DNA of 64,000 bases from Eledone cirrhosa (GCA_964016885.1 OZ024743.1:275032001-275096000), one strand, 5' to 3'. Positions 1 through 13,853 are shown, counted from the stretch's first letter. The notes: generated by a model from the sequence alone, not told the origin. Made by a program: numbers and translations.

Positions 1-219
1 TTTCTCCGATGAAAGAACAATGGGAATATTTTGGAAAATGCACTCAGTAACCTTTCCAATGTTCTCCACCCCAACTCGCAGACGGTAATGGAATATATTG
101 AGCGTGAGCACGCATACAAATACATGTACGTATTTCTATACACACACGCTAGGTGCACACACGCCCATACACACACACACTCAATCACACACACACACAC
201 ATATATATATGAATGCCCG

Positions 220-298
<79 letters not shown>

Positions 299-360
299 AT
301 ATGTATGTGTTTCTATATGAATATATGTGTGTGTATGTGTGTATATATATACTGTATATA

Positions 361-431
<71 letters not shown>

Positions 432-435
<4 letters not shown>

Positions 436-625
436 TTAATATAGATGAGATTCTACAGGACTAGAACTGTTTCATTCTTTAGAAATCATCAGGATTCCTG
501 ATGATTTCTAAAGAATGAAACAGTTCTAGTCCTGTAGAATCTCATCTATATTAAAACTTTTATACTCTGCAATGTATTGAGTACCTTACTTACTGTGGTT
601 ACCTCCGATTCAACCCGGAATAACG
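432..625 (+). mobile_element. Short fold-back Penelope-like (pLTR-derived) insertion in (TA)n with hammerhead ribozyme
   Basis: Perfect 63-bp inverted arms 432-494/496-558 centred on 495, then a unique tail 559-625; (TA)n on both sides. Confidence 0.75.
493..541 (+). ncRNA. Type I hammerhead ribozyme
   Basis: GATTC-CTGATGA-tttctaaagaat-GAAA-CAG ttctagtc CTG-TA^-GAATC: intact core and all three stems pair (stem II short). Confidence 0.8.
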
Positions 626-656
<31 letters not shown>

Positions 657-931
657 TATATATACACACATATATGAATATATGTGTGTATATATATATA
701 TATTGTATATATATATATATATCTATATACACACACACATATATTCATATAGAAACACATACTACATATATACATTCATACATACATACATATACATATA
801 TACATCCACATACGTATATGTGCATATACGTATATATGTACATGTAGACACGAGCTTAGGCATACTCATTATATATGTGTGTGGGGGGGGGGCGTGTGTG
901 TGTGTGTGTATGTATATATATCTATCTATCT

Positions 932-1454
932 AAGGCGGGTAAAATTCCCGAGATCCATGGACGAGTTCTCTCCAGCGGTCTCTGTCCCTCATTATCGCTG
1001 CCATGTCCTGCGTCTCCAACAGACCAGTGTGTGTCCTTAGGGCATCAACATACGTTAACCTTGGTCTTCCCCTTCTAGTGTGTCCATGTAGGGGCTCCCA
1101 AAGGAGCACTGAGTGCAATGTCAACTCTGGATGTCGGTGAGTATGTCCAGCTAACCTCAGTCTCCTCTGTGTCACTTTTGAGCTGACTTTTGGGATGCTC
1201 CCATACAGCTCTGAGTTTTTCATCCTCAGTGTATACTGATGATGTGGTTGAGAGGAAGAGCAAGGCCTGGGCGGCGTGCCACAGCTTGAGATCGGTGTGG
1301 AAGTCGGACCTTCGTAGAGACCTGAAAGTCCGCCTCTTCATTGCTGTAGTGGAGTCTGTGCTGCTGTATGGGTCTGAGACTTGGACACTGACCAAGAAAC
1401 TCACTCAGATGGTGGATGGGTGCTACACGAGAATGCTGAGGGTGGCTCTGAACA

Positions 1455-1457
<3 letters not shown>
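932..1457 (-). mobile_element. RTE-clade LINE 3' fragment with 5' inversion
   Basis: Minus 932-1223 encodes the RTE C-terminus (RRLRLAGH..LLWEP..RGRP..DRDRWR) with an (AGAT)n tail. Plus 1225-1457 encodes the immediately upstream part (VESVLLYGSETWTL..GCYTRMLR). Confidence 0.85.
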
Positions 1458-1488
<31 letters not shown>

Positions 1489-1496
<8 letters not shown>

Positions 1497-1760
1497 TAAA
1501 AGGAATTCCAACTTTGTCTGATTTACTCGTTTTATTTACAATCCTTTAAAATGTATAATGGTATTAGAATGAAATAGTATGGTAGAATATTAAATGTGAA
1601 GTGTTAATTGAACAAGTACTTTCATGCTTTCGCAATCTGCAGGTTCTTAATGTGTGGTGACAGTCAAGTTTGCAATAAAAGAAGTAAATGAGACAAAGTT
1701 GGAATTCCTTTTATTAATATAATCTTCTATACACAATCATACACACCCGTGTATATTTAT
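1489..1760. mobile_element. Fold-back insertion with minus-strand hammerhead-like motif
   Basis: Imperfect inverted arms ~1489-1545/1672-1721. Spacer on minus (1646-1610) reads GAAC-CTGCAGA-ttgcgaaagcat-GAAA-GTAC-TT-GTTC (one core mismatch). Confidence 0.65.
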
Positions 1761-1801
1761 CTCTCTATCTATATATATAGATATAGATATAGATATATAT
1801 A

Positions 1802-4297
1802 GGTGGCCAGAGTGCTAGCGTCAAGAAAGGCCCTGGGCCAGTTCTTCGACGCGAAACACGAAGGCTGCATCTTCCGAAGCAAAATACGTGCTCTGGGAAA
1901 CGAGGGGACCAAAGCTGTTAGCTAGGTCCGCGTGACAGAAGCCAAAAGAGGGAGTAGATCCACTATCCGGTCTTTGCGAGACCAGGATGGACGGGTGATC
2001 CTTGAACCTAAGCACTTTGCCAAATTGTTCGGAAGGGGCGGGGAGCCGGTTGAGGAAGTGGACTTCGGTCCATACCTCGACGGCCTGCCGTGTCTCTCGG
2101 ACAGGGAGGCGAATTCCTGCGAGGAGGCGATTTCAGCCGCTGAGATAGAGGACGTGCTGAGCCAATGCGGCAAACGCAAATCCTCGGGTCTCGATGGTCT
2201 TCCATACGAACTATATCTAGCTATGCCGGACATGTTCCCCGATCTCCTCGAGGCGGTCTACTGCAACTGGCAACAGAACAGGAGAATACCCTGTGCTGTG
2301 ACCAAGGGCGTAGTCAGGCTAGTGAGGAAGGAGGAGAACAAAGGGGACGATATAAATAATTTCAGGCCTATAACTCTGCTAAATACAGAGTTACAGATTT
2401 TTGCCAAGGTGCTAGCAAAGAGGTTGGCGCTTGTCGTGGGCAACCTGGTGGGAGATGCGCAGAGATGTGCTATCCCGTCCAGGTCCATCCACGACAACCT
2501 CCACCTCATGTGATACATCATAGAGAGGGTTGGGAACGAACCCGGCTTTGGTGGGGCCCTGATCAACTTGGATCAATCTAAGGCGTTCGATAGGGTCGAC
2601 CATGGTTACCTGGATGCGGTGCTAGCGGCGGCAGGCTTCGGACCCGTTTTCAGGGGCTGGATCAATGCCATGCACAGCAGCCGCATCTGCTCCAGGGTCA
2701 AGGTAAACGGCTACCTCTCGGTCAAGGTGAACGGCTACGTTCGAAATCGCGCGTTCCATCCGACAAGGGTGCCCTCTCTCCTGCCTTCTGTATGTAATGA
2801 CTCTAGAGCCACTGCTGCAGAAGTTGGAGTTGTTGCAGGGCATCCCGTTGGAACCGGGATTGCAGAAAGCGGTGTCGGCCTACGCCGATGATGTAACAGT
2901 AATGGTGTCGACGGCCTCGGAAATCGGGGCGATCGGCACCTTACTGGAGGAGTATGAAAGGTTTACAGGGGCTAAGCTGAACCGGGACAAGTCGATCGGT
3001 CTGCAACTCGGCACGTGGAGGGGCAGATCGATGCCCTCCGATGGCGCCGTCGGGCGCTGGACGGAGGGCCCGGTGAAGTTGCTCGGGGTCTGGTTCGGAC
3101 CAGACCTCCAGGTGGAGAAGAACTGGGGTGAGGTAACGAACAGAGTGTTTGCACTGACCCAGAAGTGGGCCGAGTGCAAACTGTCCCTGAAAGGTCGGGT
3201 GTAGGTGGCGAACACTTATATAGCGTCCATCATCTACTACCGCCTGACCGTTGTGCCTTGCCCAACGGAAACGCTCACCAAAATGGAGCGCGCACTCTTC
3301 CAATTCCTTTGGAAGAATCGGGTTGTCAACACCCTTAGAAAGGAGGGCTGGGGATGCCGTGGCTAATGATACGTAAACACGCACTAAGGCTACGGCACCT
3401 CCAGGTATTCCTCACCGGTCAACCGGTGTGGGCGCCGTTTGTGAGGCGAGCCTTTCCTAGACTCGTCTCGCTCACCGAGCTGCAATCCTGGGTCAAGCAA
3501 AGACCGAGAAAACTGGGCGCCTGGCACACCGAGTATGCCCAGGCGCTCACGGCTCTCTGGCAGGCAGACCCGGCTGTCAGAGGAGAATCCACCTCGTCAT
3601 TCTATAGAGGGCTGGTGGTTAGCAGGTGCGACGACGCCCTCGGAGAAGCCCTAGGCATGGAGGAAGACGAACTGGCCAACCTGTTCGGTAGGACATTCAG
3701 CCCGGGACCCATGGATAACTTCCAGAGGTCCCTGGCAGTGCTACCGAGGGGCTCTGCCCGTTCGAGAAAGGCTCTACAGCCACGGGCGCCCGGGTAGGGA
3801 CCCCTCGAAAAAGATCTGTCCCAGATGCGTGTGCGACGAGGAAACCGTTGCACACGCATTGGTACACTGCTCGGGCATTGCCGATTTGTGGGGCTATGTC
3901 GAACAACTGCTGTCAAGGGTGGGACCAATCCGGTGGACCACCGAGTCTATATTGTAACGATCAAGCCGCCTCCCCTCTTCAAAAACGAAGGAGAGGCGGT
4001 GTTTCTGTGCGTAATAGCCATGGCGAAAGCGGTTGTATGGTGGACGCGTCTGAAAGGACTGAGGTCAGATACCTTTCTCTCTAGTCCGTTTCTTCCGATA
4101 TCATTTCGGAAGAAGAATCAGGATGGAGAGAGAGGTGCTGCACCCCAGCCGTTTTTATGAAAGATGGGTGAAAGTGGCGAGAATGGCCCGTGTGAATGGG
4201 CCTTCACTCTACATCAGACTATAGGTGAGGAAGATGAAAGATCCATTGTACTTGTCCCACAGTTTGATGCCCTGGTGGCAAATAAAAAGAAAGTTAT
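1802..4297 (+). mobile_element. Tx1/L1-clade LINE, 5'-truncated, frameshifted ORF2 (RT + C-terminal Cys region)
   Basis: ORF pieces 1932-2513 (KSSGLDGLP, NFRPITLLNT), 2568- (DQSKAFDRVDH), 2797-3204 (AYADD), 3354-4160; AATAAA near the 3' end. Confidence 0.9.
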
Positions 4298-4342
4298 CTA
4301 TATATATATATATATATATACATATATATATGTGTTCTGTTA

Positions 4343-4434
4343 TTAATTCTGGCAATATTACACAAATATGACCCTCCCCAAGTATAACAATATTTGTTTC
4401 GACACACGACTTCATATAAAAAACGTCGCAAAAC
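4343..4434 (+). mobile_element. 3' terminal fragment of a Penelope-like pLTR family
   Basis: atgaccctcccc-aagtataacaata-tttgtttcgacacacg matches the terminus of the GIY-YIG element at 53424-53500 (minus) and 48120-48168; lies between (TA)n tracts. Confidence 0.6.
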
Positions 4435-4465
4435 TATATATATATATATATGTATGTATATATAT

Positions 4466-4669
<204 letters not shown>

Positions 4670-4999
4670 GTGTATATATATATACACATAGATATACCCA
4701 CATGCGCACATAAACACATATACATATATACTCGCTTACTCACAAATATCGCCTGTACAAACGTATTATTTGTTCCGGCTCTGTGTATTCTGATTTCAAA
4801 TCTCGTTGTGGTCTATTTAATCTGTCACCCGATTCAGCCCTGTTACTTTTACTTTCCGTGCCTTTAGCCCTTTCATTACAAAACCGCCTGAAACCGACTC
4901 TAGTTCTATAAAACAAAAGCAAACACCCATTTAAAAAGTTCCTATGTAAATTAAAATTTTCCAACATATAAGAATCTTATGTTAATTGACTATATTAAT

Positions 5000-5533
5000 A
5001 GTTCTTTCTAACATTGGTACAAGGCCAACAATTTGGAGAATTGTGTGTGTAACTCCAGTACTTAACTATTACTTTTTTTTTTGTCGACCAGAAAGGATGA
5101 AAGGCAAAGTTGACCTCGTTTTGAACTCAGAACGTAAAAACTCGTAACTAAATACCGCAAAGCATTTTGTCCGACGCTCTACCGATACTGCCAATCCACC
5201 ACCTTAGACTATCTTAGTAATGGTTCCTGATTTAGGCACAAGGCCAGCAATTTTGCGGGAAGGGAATATCGACCCCGTATGAATGAAAGGCAAAGTTAAC
5301 CTCGGCGGGATTTCAACTCAGAATACAAAGAGCCGTAACGTTATGTCCCAAAGCAGGGTGTCCGACGCTCTACCGATACTGCCAATCCACCACCTTTGAC
5401 TATCTTAATAATTGTTTCTACTTTTGGCACAAGGCCAACAATTATCCCAGTCCATTACTGGTACTTTATTTTATCATCGACCCCGTAAGGATGAAAGGTA
5501 AAGTTAATCTCTGCGGGGTTTGAACTCAGACCT
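5000..5533 (-). mobile_element. Three tandem tRNA-derived SINE copies (Meta-domain type)
   Basis: Reverse complement has A/B-box-like TGGCAGTATCGGTAG...GAGTTCAAATC and the core gcctttcatccttacggggtcgataaaataaagtaccagt. Confidence 0.8.
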
Positions 5534-5744
5534 TAAATGAAATTAAAAAAATATTAGTAAATCCCTCAAAATGTTCAGTTATTTGAAATAGAATGTATTT
5601 CAATAGAGTCCAGTCTGTTGTAACTATTGAGGCTATATCTCTAGTTTAGGGTTACTTTCTTCATATTTTCAGTCTCAGAGAAGGGTCATGAGCACTTCCC
5701 ATCCATCCCTGAATGTGGAATGAAATGAACCTCCGTCAGTTTCG

Positions 5745-6020
5745 ACGATGAGTATTCCAGTCGTTTGATCAACGGAACTGCTCATGAAATTAACGTGTAA
5801 ATGGCTGAGCATTACACAGACACGCGTAACCGTAACGTAATTCTCAGGGAGATTCAGCGTGACACAATATGTGACAAGGCTGACGCTTTGAATTACAGGT
5901 TCGGTTCATTCCACGAGTTTCCAAAAAGTTTCGACCGACTAAGCTTCCCCCACGAGGTTATGGCAGACGTCGTACAGTGGGATCGAACCTTGGACCTAAT
6001 AATTGCGAAACAAACTTCTT
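5745..6020 (-). mobile_element. Second tRNA-derived SINE family, degenerate
   Basis: Similar to 59970-60290 (gttcgatccc head; gttaatttcatgagcagttccgttgatc body). Confidence 0.6.
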
Positions 6021-6525
6021 AACCATTCGTCCACGCTGCGTTCATGCTGACTAAACAGTAAGAAAAATACATGCACATATATTCATATATACGTACACGT
6101 ACACACATACAAACACGCATACATACATATATACATACATACATACATGCATACATATATAACTACAAACATACATACATACTTACATACATACATACAT
6201 ACACAAAACGTACATACGTAAAACGTACTAGCCAATGAAAAAGCCTATATATGTTCATTCAACCGGCTAGAAATAGTTGCGAAATCTCCCCCAAATATAA
6301 TTTAGCAATCCAAACGAAGGACACGTTTATACTCAAATGTATTATGTCTGAACGAAAAAAATCTTGGACGGTCATAGATCCTTTCCGTTCGAACTGTCTT
6401 CCTTCGGTTGCAACATTTTTCGAAATATTTACTTCTGCGTTCACAGATTGATTTTTTTAGTTTCAGAAGTTCCCGTTAAGGGTGAAAGCAGCGATTCTTT
6501 GCTTAAACTTTAATCTGTTATTTTA

Positions 6526-6616
<91 letters not shown>

Positions 6617-6860
6617 CATATTTGGGTAGAAGAACTCAACCCCTTTGAAAAAGAGATCTTAAATCTGAAATATCATAAAATATAAAATAAAAATGTAAAC
6701 TAGTTTTTGGTTCTGTCTAACATTTTTTTTCTTGTTTTCACTCCTTCTTTTCTAACTTGCATTGCACTGGCTTTCCTAAAACAGTTGTAATCCCACACAC
6801 CCACTCAAACACAGGTAGTGGTATGTAATGTAAGGGATATGTAATTTTGATTTTAAAAAA

Positions 6861-7024
6861 AGACCAACTGGCAGGAGACTAAGGAGTAAACACCAAGCAA
6901 GAGAGTTGGATAACATCCATGAGCTCGGCTGGTCTCGCTTGGGGATCCAGCCGGATCAGTTGGAAATGTTGTTTCTGATAAGATCCGCTGGAAGGAGTGC
7001 TTGGGGACTCTGCGCCCACAACCC

Positions 7025-7055
<31 letters not shown>

Positions 7056-7125
7056 AAGAAGAAGAAGAAGAAGAAGAAGAAGAAGAAGAAGAAGAAGAAG
7101 AAGAAGAAGAAGAAGAAGAAGAAGA
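6861..7125 (+). mobile_element. RTE-clade (Expander/Rex3-like) 3' end with (AAG)n tail
   Basis: RPTGRR..LDNIHELGWSRLGIQPDQL/..DKIRWKECLGTLRPQP* resembles the Rex3 C-terminus; the stop runs directly into ~33 AAG units. Confidence 0.75.
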
Positions 7126-8078
7126 CCATTTTAGTCACACGTTGAGAAGGATTGATTGACTAGTTTCTAGACTTCTTAGGCCTTCATCGGATTTAGAACA
7201 TCTATCTTCATTCTCTTTTTTCATTCCTATTATGTTTCTTTTATTTTTATTTATTTCTTCCTTTTCTTTCTTTCATATTCTTTCCTGTGCCACTTATGTT
7301 GTTGATGTTGTTATTGTTGTTGATGTTGTTTTTGTTGCTGTTTTACTCATTTATTGATTCTAATCGTTAATTCTAATCCAGTGACAAAATGTGAACTGGG
7401 ATGTGTGTGCGTGAGTGTGTGTATGTATGTGTGTGTATATGTATGTGTGTGAATATGTATGTGTGTATGTTTGTGTGAGTGTGTAATTGTGTTTGCGTAT
7501 ATATGCGCATGTGTGTGTATCTGTACATGCAGAACTTGTACAATGGTGAATCGCGAAGAAAAGCAATATCCAACGTTTTTAGTGATGGAGATGGTGATGA
7601 TAATGATAACGGTGATGGTAAGAAGCAATATCTAATGTTTATAACGATAGTAATGGTAATGGTGATGATGATGGTAAGGTGATGTTGTTGGTGATGGTTA
7701 TGTACATATGTGATGGTAAAGGGCCTGTGCTTTCATTACAAATTTGACACTCTGCCCATGTAGACGGTCGTTACTTTCTTATAATTCTCATGATTATCTT
7801 AAATTATCCCCCCACGAAAAAAAAAATTAACCTTTTCAGGCCATCTTTATGACAGAGCAGAATCGAAATGATTTTGTTATAGTTTCAAATTGCAATGCTT
7901 TTATTTTTATTTTTGTTTGGTGAAGTTATCACCTGGAATTGACCAGCTAAATAGCTGTAACACAGGTAACCGTAAAGAATCTCTAAAGTAATTTCTGTGT
8001 ACGAAAAGAATAGCAAAAGTAACTTTCCATTTCTTTATTTTCAGTACAAGGCTTAGAATTTAAAAATACACTGATGTA

Positions 8079-8295
8079 TTCCAATCCAATCCAATCCAGA
8101 TGCTTCTCACTCATTTTGGAGGAACCCCTCCCTGGTTGACCCCCACCGCTTTCTGTTTGGTTTTGGTAATGTCGGTGGTGTAGCCGTACTCACTACGTTT
8201 GGCCAATTGGGGGTTGGTGAGGCTATTTAACTTGTAGATGGTGTGGATGGCCCTTTACCCTGAGGAGGTCATCGCCTTTTGAATCTCTGTATATC
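8079..8295 (-). mobile_element. Probable retroelement 3' end with (GGATT)n tail
   Basis: GC-richer island ending in ggattggattggattgg on the minus strand; family not recognised. Confidence 0.3.
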
Positions 8296-8655
8296 TCCAT
8301 TAAATTTATCTAAGATATTCTACTATAAACTTCTGCATAAATATTTCTTATTTATTTAATTACGGACTAACCGAAAGTGCGTTATGGAAATTAGACTGGT
8401 TTTAGTAGTCCAATTTTAGTTTGTTTCACATAAATAACGACTGCTAAGGATACTTATCATTTAATAAATGATGAAATATATGCAATACACGTAAGGTTTT
8501 TGGTTTTTATGTACGAAGATGATAATGTATGTGTTTACACGTGCTCGTTTTCACAGTGAGCCTTAAAACTTTTAAAAAAAGAAATGATTCTCTCAGATAT
8601 TCTGATATAGGCTGTTTCGTGAATTAAATATTTGTTTAAAAAAAGTCAAAAAATG

Positions 8656-8702
<47 letters not shown>

Positions 8703-8705
8703 GCG

Positions 8706-8794
<89 letters not shown>

Positions 8795-8884
8795 CCATTT
8801 CTTTCTTATGTAGATTGTTGACAATGACTTTGAAGTTCCGTCAATGATACTTTAATCAAACTGTGAGAACTACGCCAATATTAA

Positions 8885-9256
8885 CTATGTTAGGTTTTGT
8901 CTTTGTTGGTGTTGATGATATTGTATAGGCTGAAATCAGCTCTGATTGGACAATCCTATGTATAGTGTTCAATTGAACGATGGTGCATATTACTAATTTC
9001 AATACAATCCATACACTTGTGCGATAAATAGAGTCAATTTTGTGTGGCCAAAGATGATTGGATATGTGGCATATATACTATTTCCAAAGAGCAATAGCTG
9101 ATAAAGTGAACATGTTACAAATGAAAATTAGCCTCTGTCGCAGTACATACATTAACTTCTATGTTAGGTTTTGTCTTTGTTGGTGTTGATGATATTGTAT
9201 AGGCTGAAATCAGCTCTGATTGGACAATCCTATGTATAGTGTTCAATTGAACGATG
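8885..9256. repeat. 98-bp identical direct repeat, 274-bp offset
   Basis: 8885-8982 = 9159-9256. Confidence 0.9.
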
Positions 9257-9469
9257 AAATACGATCGCAACATCTTAGGTATCTCATACTTACTATATCC
9301 CACATGAGTAAGTTCGTAAAACGTCCATGAAGACATTCTCACAATAGTGAAGAAAAGAAAGTAAGATCTTATAGTCTCGCAAAGACCAATCTATAAGGAA
9401 TTGTGGAGGAGAGAAAGAAAGGGAAGCAGGCAAAGGTAAACATAGATTAGCAACTTTAAAGAATCGTAG

Positions 9470-9803
9470 TAATAAAGCCCCCTTCGATCACGAATAACCT
9501 TGAGTTTGCACCCAGAATATCCCTTTCCGAGGTACAAACACGAATATGGTGTTTTGTGAAATACCAGCAGTACCCCTCGCATGCCACTCTCCCCTCTCTA
9601 TACCACTGATGTTGTTCAAGGGGAAGGCTGATAGAGCTTGGCACAAGAGATGTCACAACTCATTTTTTCTTCATCTGCGTGAATTTGGGGCAACGTAAAA
9701 TGATTGTCATTGTTCAAGGACACAGCACACCGCCCGGCCCAGGAATCGAACTCACAACTTCACGATTGTGAGGCTAGGCTAATGCTCTAACCACTAAGCC
9801 ACA
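9470..9803 (-). mobile_element. tRNA-derived SINE (second family)
   Basis: Minus: tggcttagtggttagagc...gtgagttcgattcc...gtgtccttgaacaa. Confidence 0.7.
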
Positions 9804-10538
9804 CCAAAGAATAAAAACCCAATGTCTGGCAAATAGCCGTGATATGTGGAGAAGAATGTCACAACGGCGTCCCTGTAAATAAGCAGATGTTGGGGGCCCA
9901 TCTAAGCAAGGAAATACCCACCAGAATACGATAGAAGCAACGGCCCTGTACGTAACTGTTATACAAAAGCGATGGCATGGCTGTGTGATTAAAACATTCG
10001 CTTTGCAACCACGGAGTTCTGCGTTTGGTCTCAATTTTATATTGTCACATAGACTCGGACATGGCTGTATGGTTAAGACGTTCGTTTCGCATGTGATTCT
10101 GGGTTCAGACCCACAGCACGACACATTGGGGCAAGTGTATTTTACTATAACCTCCATCTCTATCTTCCGGGACATACTTCTTTCAAAATTCTATACATAC
10201 ATGTATTAAAATACATCTAGATCTATATATACACATGCATGTCAATACATTTACTTAGTTGATTATCTGCACTGAATCTTCTTTCCCCCTTCTCCCCCTT
10301 CTTCTTCTTCTTCTTCTTCTTCTTCTTCTTCTTCTTCTTCTTCTTCTTCTTCTTCTTCTTCTTCTTCTTCTTCTTCTCATCCTCTTCTTTAGTTTCTCTT
10401 CCACTACATATGCATGTATCTATTCACAAACATAGACAACATTCATTCACCCCAGACATCTCATCACTCACCCACCACTCCAGTTATCAGCTCCACTTTT
10501 CAACTTTTCAATCATTTCTCATGCAGTCCTTCGTTTCC

Positions 10539-10574
<36 letters not shown>

Positions 10575-10779
10575 CTGTTTTCTCTTCAAATCGTTTGCCT
10601 TATTCAAATTCCACTTTCTGTCACATAGGCACACACACACACACACCTCCGCATACACATACCCACATACACGCATGCACATACACATATATATATTTAT
10701 TTATAGGGTGTTCCAAAAAATGTATACACATATTTATTAGAATGCTGTTGAAGTATGCATACATACATATGTATTTATG

Positions 10780-10810
<31 letters not shown>

Positions 10811-11292
10811 CCCAGACTCCCTAGCGTCTTTCTCTTTCACTTTATTTCATTTAACACCCTCTTTAACCCTAAAACACCACCACCTCCTCTTCTTCGCCCC
10901 TTTGCTCACTTTCGTTCACCTCGTTCTTTTCTTTATATCTCCCTCAGTTTCTCACTTCTTTCTCTTTCTCTCTTTCAGCCCACAATCCCTCTCGTTCACC
11001 ACTACACACCTCCCACCACCACCTACGCCTCTCTCTCACTCCCTCACGTTCATTCCTCCTCCCACTATGTCGTCTGCGTCTAAAAACTCTTACAATATCA
11101 AAAGCGATCCACCGCTGTTAACATGTCGGCCGCTTGTCTTTTATAAGACAATTTGATAGCCTTGTTTAGAGTTTATAGATTTTTTCAAATAATATTTTTT
11201 ATATTATTTTGTATTTCAGTTCTTCTTCATTTAATGATATCCATTTATTTTCTATCATTCTATAATTTTCCATGTGTTTTTACCCTATATAC

Positions 11293-11345
<53 letters not shown>

Positions 11346-11466
11346 CGTGTGTTTATATATATATATATATATGTATTTAGATATGTGTATGTGTGTGTGT
11401 CTGTGCATTTATATATATATATATATGTATTTATATATGTATATATACATATGTATTTATATATAT

Positions 11467-11556
<90 letters not shown>

Positions 11557-12597
11557 GTATTTCAATTTATTTTACATTGTTATTTCTTAATTATATTTTT
11601 CTTTACATTTCAAGAGACAAAAATAAAAATAAAAATTATATTCTTTTACATTTTCTCAAATTTTATATTTATGCATTTATCAAATATTTCTTCTTCTTCT
11701 TCTTCTTCTTCTTCTTCTTCTTCTTCTTCTTCTTCTTCTTCTTCTTCTTCTTCTCCTTTTACGATCCTCAATCTCCTTTAAAACTCTTAAATGTGCTTGT
11801 CGATTTGATGAGGGCTAAACCCCTTAGCAATAAAGATTACAAATAGTGGAATAAAATTGAAAAATGAAAGAGAACAAACGTAGAAAACATGGGAATGAAA
11901 TTGTGAAGAATAAGTAGGGGGGGGGGGTAACGAACCTCAAGAAACCAAGCAGTATGTTGAATAAATGGTAAATCAAAAGAAACAAGGAAAGATTGAGAGT
12001 GTATGTGTTAGTGTGGGCTCTGTATGTGTGAGTGAATGAGTGTATATGTGTGCCTGTGTGAGTAATTGTGTGGGTCTGTATGTATGTATGTGTGTGTGTG
12101 TGAATGAGTCTATATGTGTGCGTGTGTGAATGTGTATGCATGTGTGAATGAATCTATATGTGTGCGTGTGCGAGTAATTATATGTGTCTGTATGTGTAAA
12201 TACGTGTGTGAATGAGTATATATGTGTGCGTGTGTGAGTGATTGTGTGTGTCTGTATGTCTGTATGAGTGTATATGTATGCGTGTGTGAGAGATTGAGCG
12301 TGTCAGTATGTGCGAATACGTGTGTGAATGAGTGTATATGTGTGCGTGTATAAGTAATTGTGTGTGTCAGTATGTGTGAATACGTGTGTGAATGCGCGTG
12401 CGCATGTATGTGCAAACATATACACAAATTATACACTCACATTTATTGTATATACATGCATTTGGCATGTGTGTATATATGGATGTATGCATACATATGT
12501 ATGCATACATATGTATGCACGCAGAATGTTGGTATGTGTGTGTCTGTTTGTGTGTGTGTGTATTTCAACGAATGCGTGTATATGTGTGAGAGAGGTG

Positions 12598-12668
12598 AAA
12601 ATTCTCTTATATTAAAATTTATATAACATTGTAAATACAGTGTTAAAAAGAGACAAGCACACACACAT

Positions 12669-12743
<75 letters not shown>

Positions 12744-12837
12744 TGTATGTGTGTATGTGTGTGAGTGTGTGTGTGTGTTTGTCTCTTTTTAACACTGTAT
12801 TTAGAATGTTATATAAATTTTAATATAAGAGAATTTT
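12598..12837. repeat. Inverted repeat with (CA)n-(TA)n-(TG)n spacer
   Basis: ~59-bp arms 12598-12656/12779-12837; the spacer microsatellites are themselves self-complementary. Confidence 0.85.
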
Positions 12838-12840
12838 AAA

Positions 12841-12871
<31 letters not shown>

Positions 12872-13039
12872 GCGGATGGCTAACATAACCCCATCTCCCC
12901 CCCCCCCCGCTCCCCACCGCTCCCACCCTCCAAACGCAATCCACACCATCCAGGCCGAAACAAATGAGATCGTGTAGGTGTCACGACAAAAAAACACACA
13001 GTCTACGCTGTAATGTGGCCGTGTAGGTAACACGGTAAA

Positions 13040-13222
13040 AACCTCCCAGACCCACACTGTAAATGTGGTTGGTGTTAGGAAGGGCATCCAACTGTAGAAA
13101 ACCTGCCAGACAGTCCTATGCGAGCAAGACAATCACTCTTGCCTCAAGTGGGAAAACCTCCGTCCAAACCCATGCAAGCGTGGAACACGGACGTTAAACG
13201 TTGATGATGATGATGATGATGA
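13040..13222 (+). mobile_element. RTE-related SINE/LINE 3' end with (GAT)n tail
   Basis: ggttggtgttaggaagggcatcc...catgcaagcgtggaacacggacgttaaacgttgatgatgat. Confidence 0.6.
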
Positions 13223-13235
13223 TATATATATATAT

Positions 13236-13590
13236 ATAAAGAGCGGAGCAAGCGGTTATCAAACAATTCTCTAAATAAATTAAAAAACGATTTTAAGGCT
13301 GGCAACCTTATAGTATGGAAATAAGCTGTCTGAAGATCCATTTCTTTCCATTGGAAATTCTCTGGATTTCCAATTTTTGGAATGGTGAAACCGTCGGTAA
13401 CAGCAATAGAACAGGTGATTATTTAAATCGTTTTTTAATTTATTTAGAGAATGTTTGATAACCGCTTGCTCCGCTCTTTTTATATTGTTCTGGTATCTCA
13501 AATTAGTACCATCGAACCACAACTATTATAAACACCTTGCATATTTCTACAAGTACTTAGTGCCTGTTGAAGTATTCATCCACTTTTTTA
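13236..13590 (+). mobile_element. Fold-back insertion in (TA)n with hammerhead ribozyme
   Basis: Arms 13238-13296/13422-13480, tail to ~13590. Confidence 0.75.
13325..13404 (+). ncRNA. Type I hammerhead ribozyme with long stem II
   Basis: GCTGT-CTGAAGA-tccattt..ttggaaat/atttccaa..gaatggt-GAAA-CCG t CGG-TA^-ACAGC. Confidence 0.8.
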
Positions 13591-13626
<36 letters not shown>

Positions 13627-13760
13627 TTGGTGCTCTGAAATAGCTATATATATATAAATGTATATATAGTGTATTTTGCAATACACTGTATGCTTAATTA
13701 AAAGCATTTCGAAGACCTTATGCTATTGTTTTGGAGTAGTGATAGTCTCACTTACTTTAA

Positions 13761-13853
13761 TTTTCAGCAAACAGGGGAGATAAAGCCGACAGAGCCCTGT
13801 TTCGCATTTGTTGATGCTTATCAAGGCTAACTACTCCTCCTGTTTGCCGAAAA
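13761..13853 (-). ncRNA. Degenerate type I hammerhead with extended stem I
   Basis: Minus: AGCC-TTGATAA-gcat caacaa atgc-GAAA-CAG ggct CTG-TC^-GGCT, enclosed by ttttcggcaaacagg/cctgtttgctgaaaa; two core substitutions. Confidence 0.65.

Noticed and set aside
7152-7196. Minus-strand CCGATGA...GAAACTAGTC hammerhead-like string
   Set aside because: Core mutated and stem I does not pair; at best a decayed remnant.
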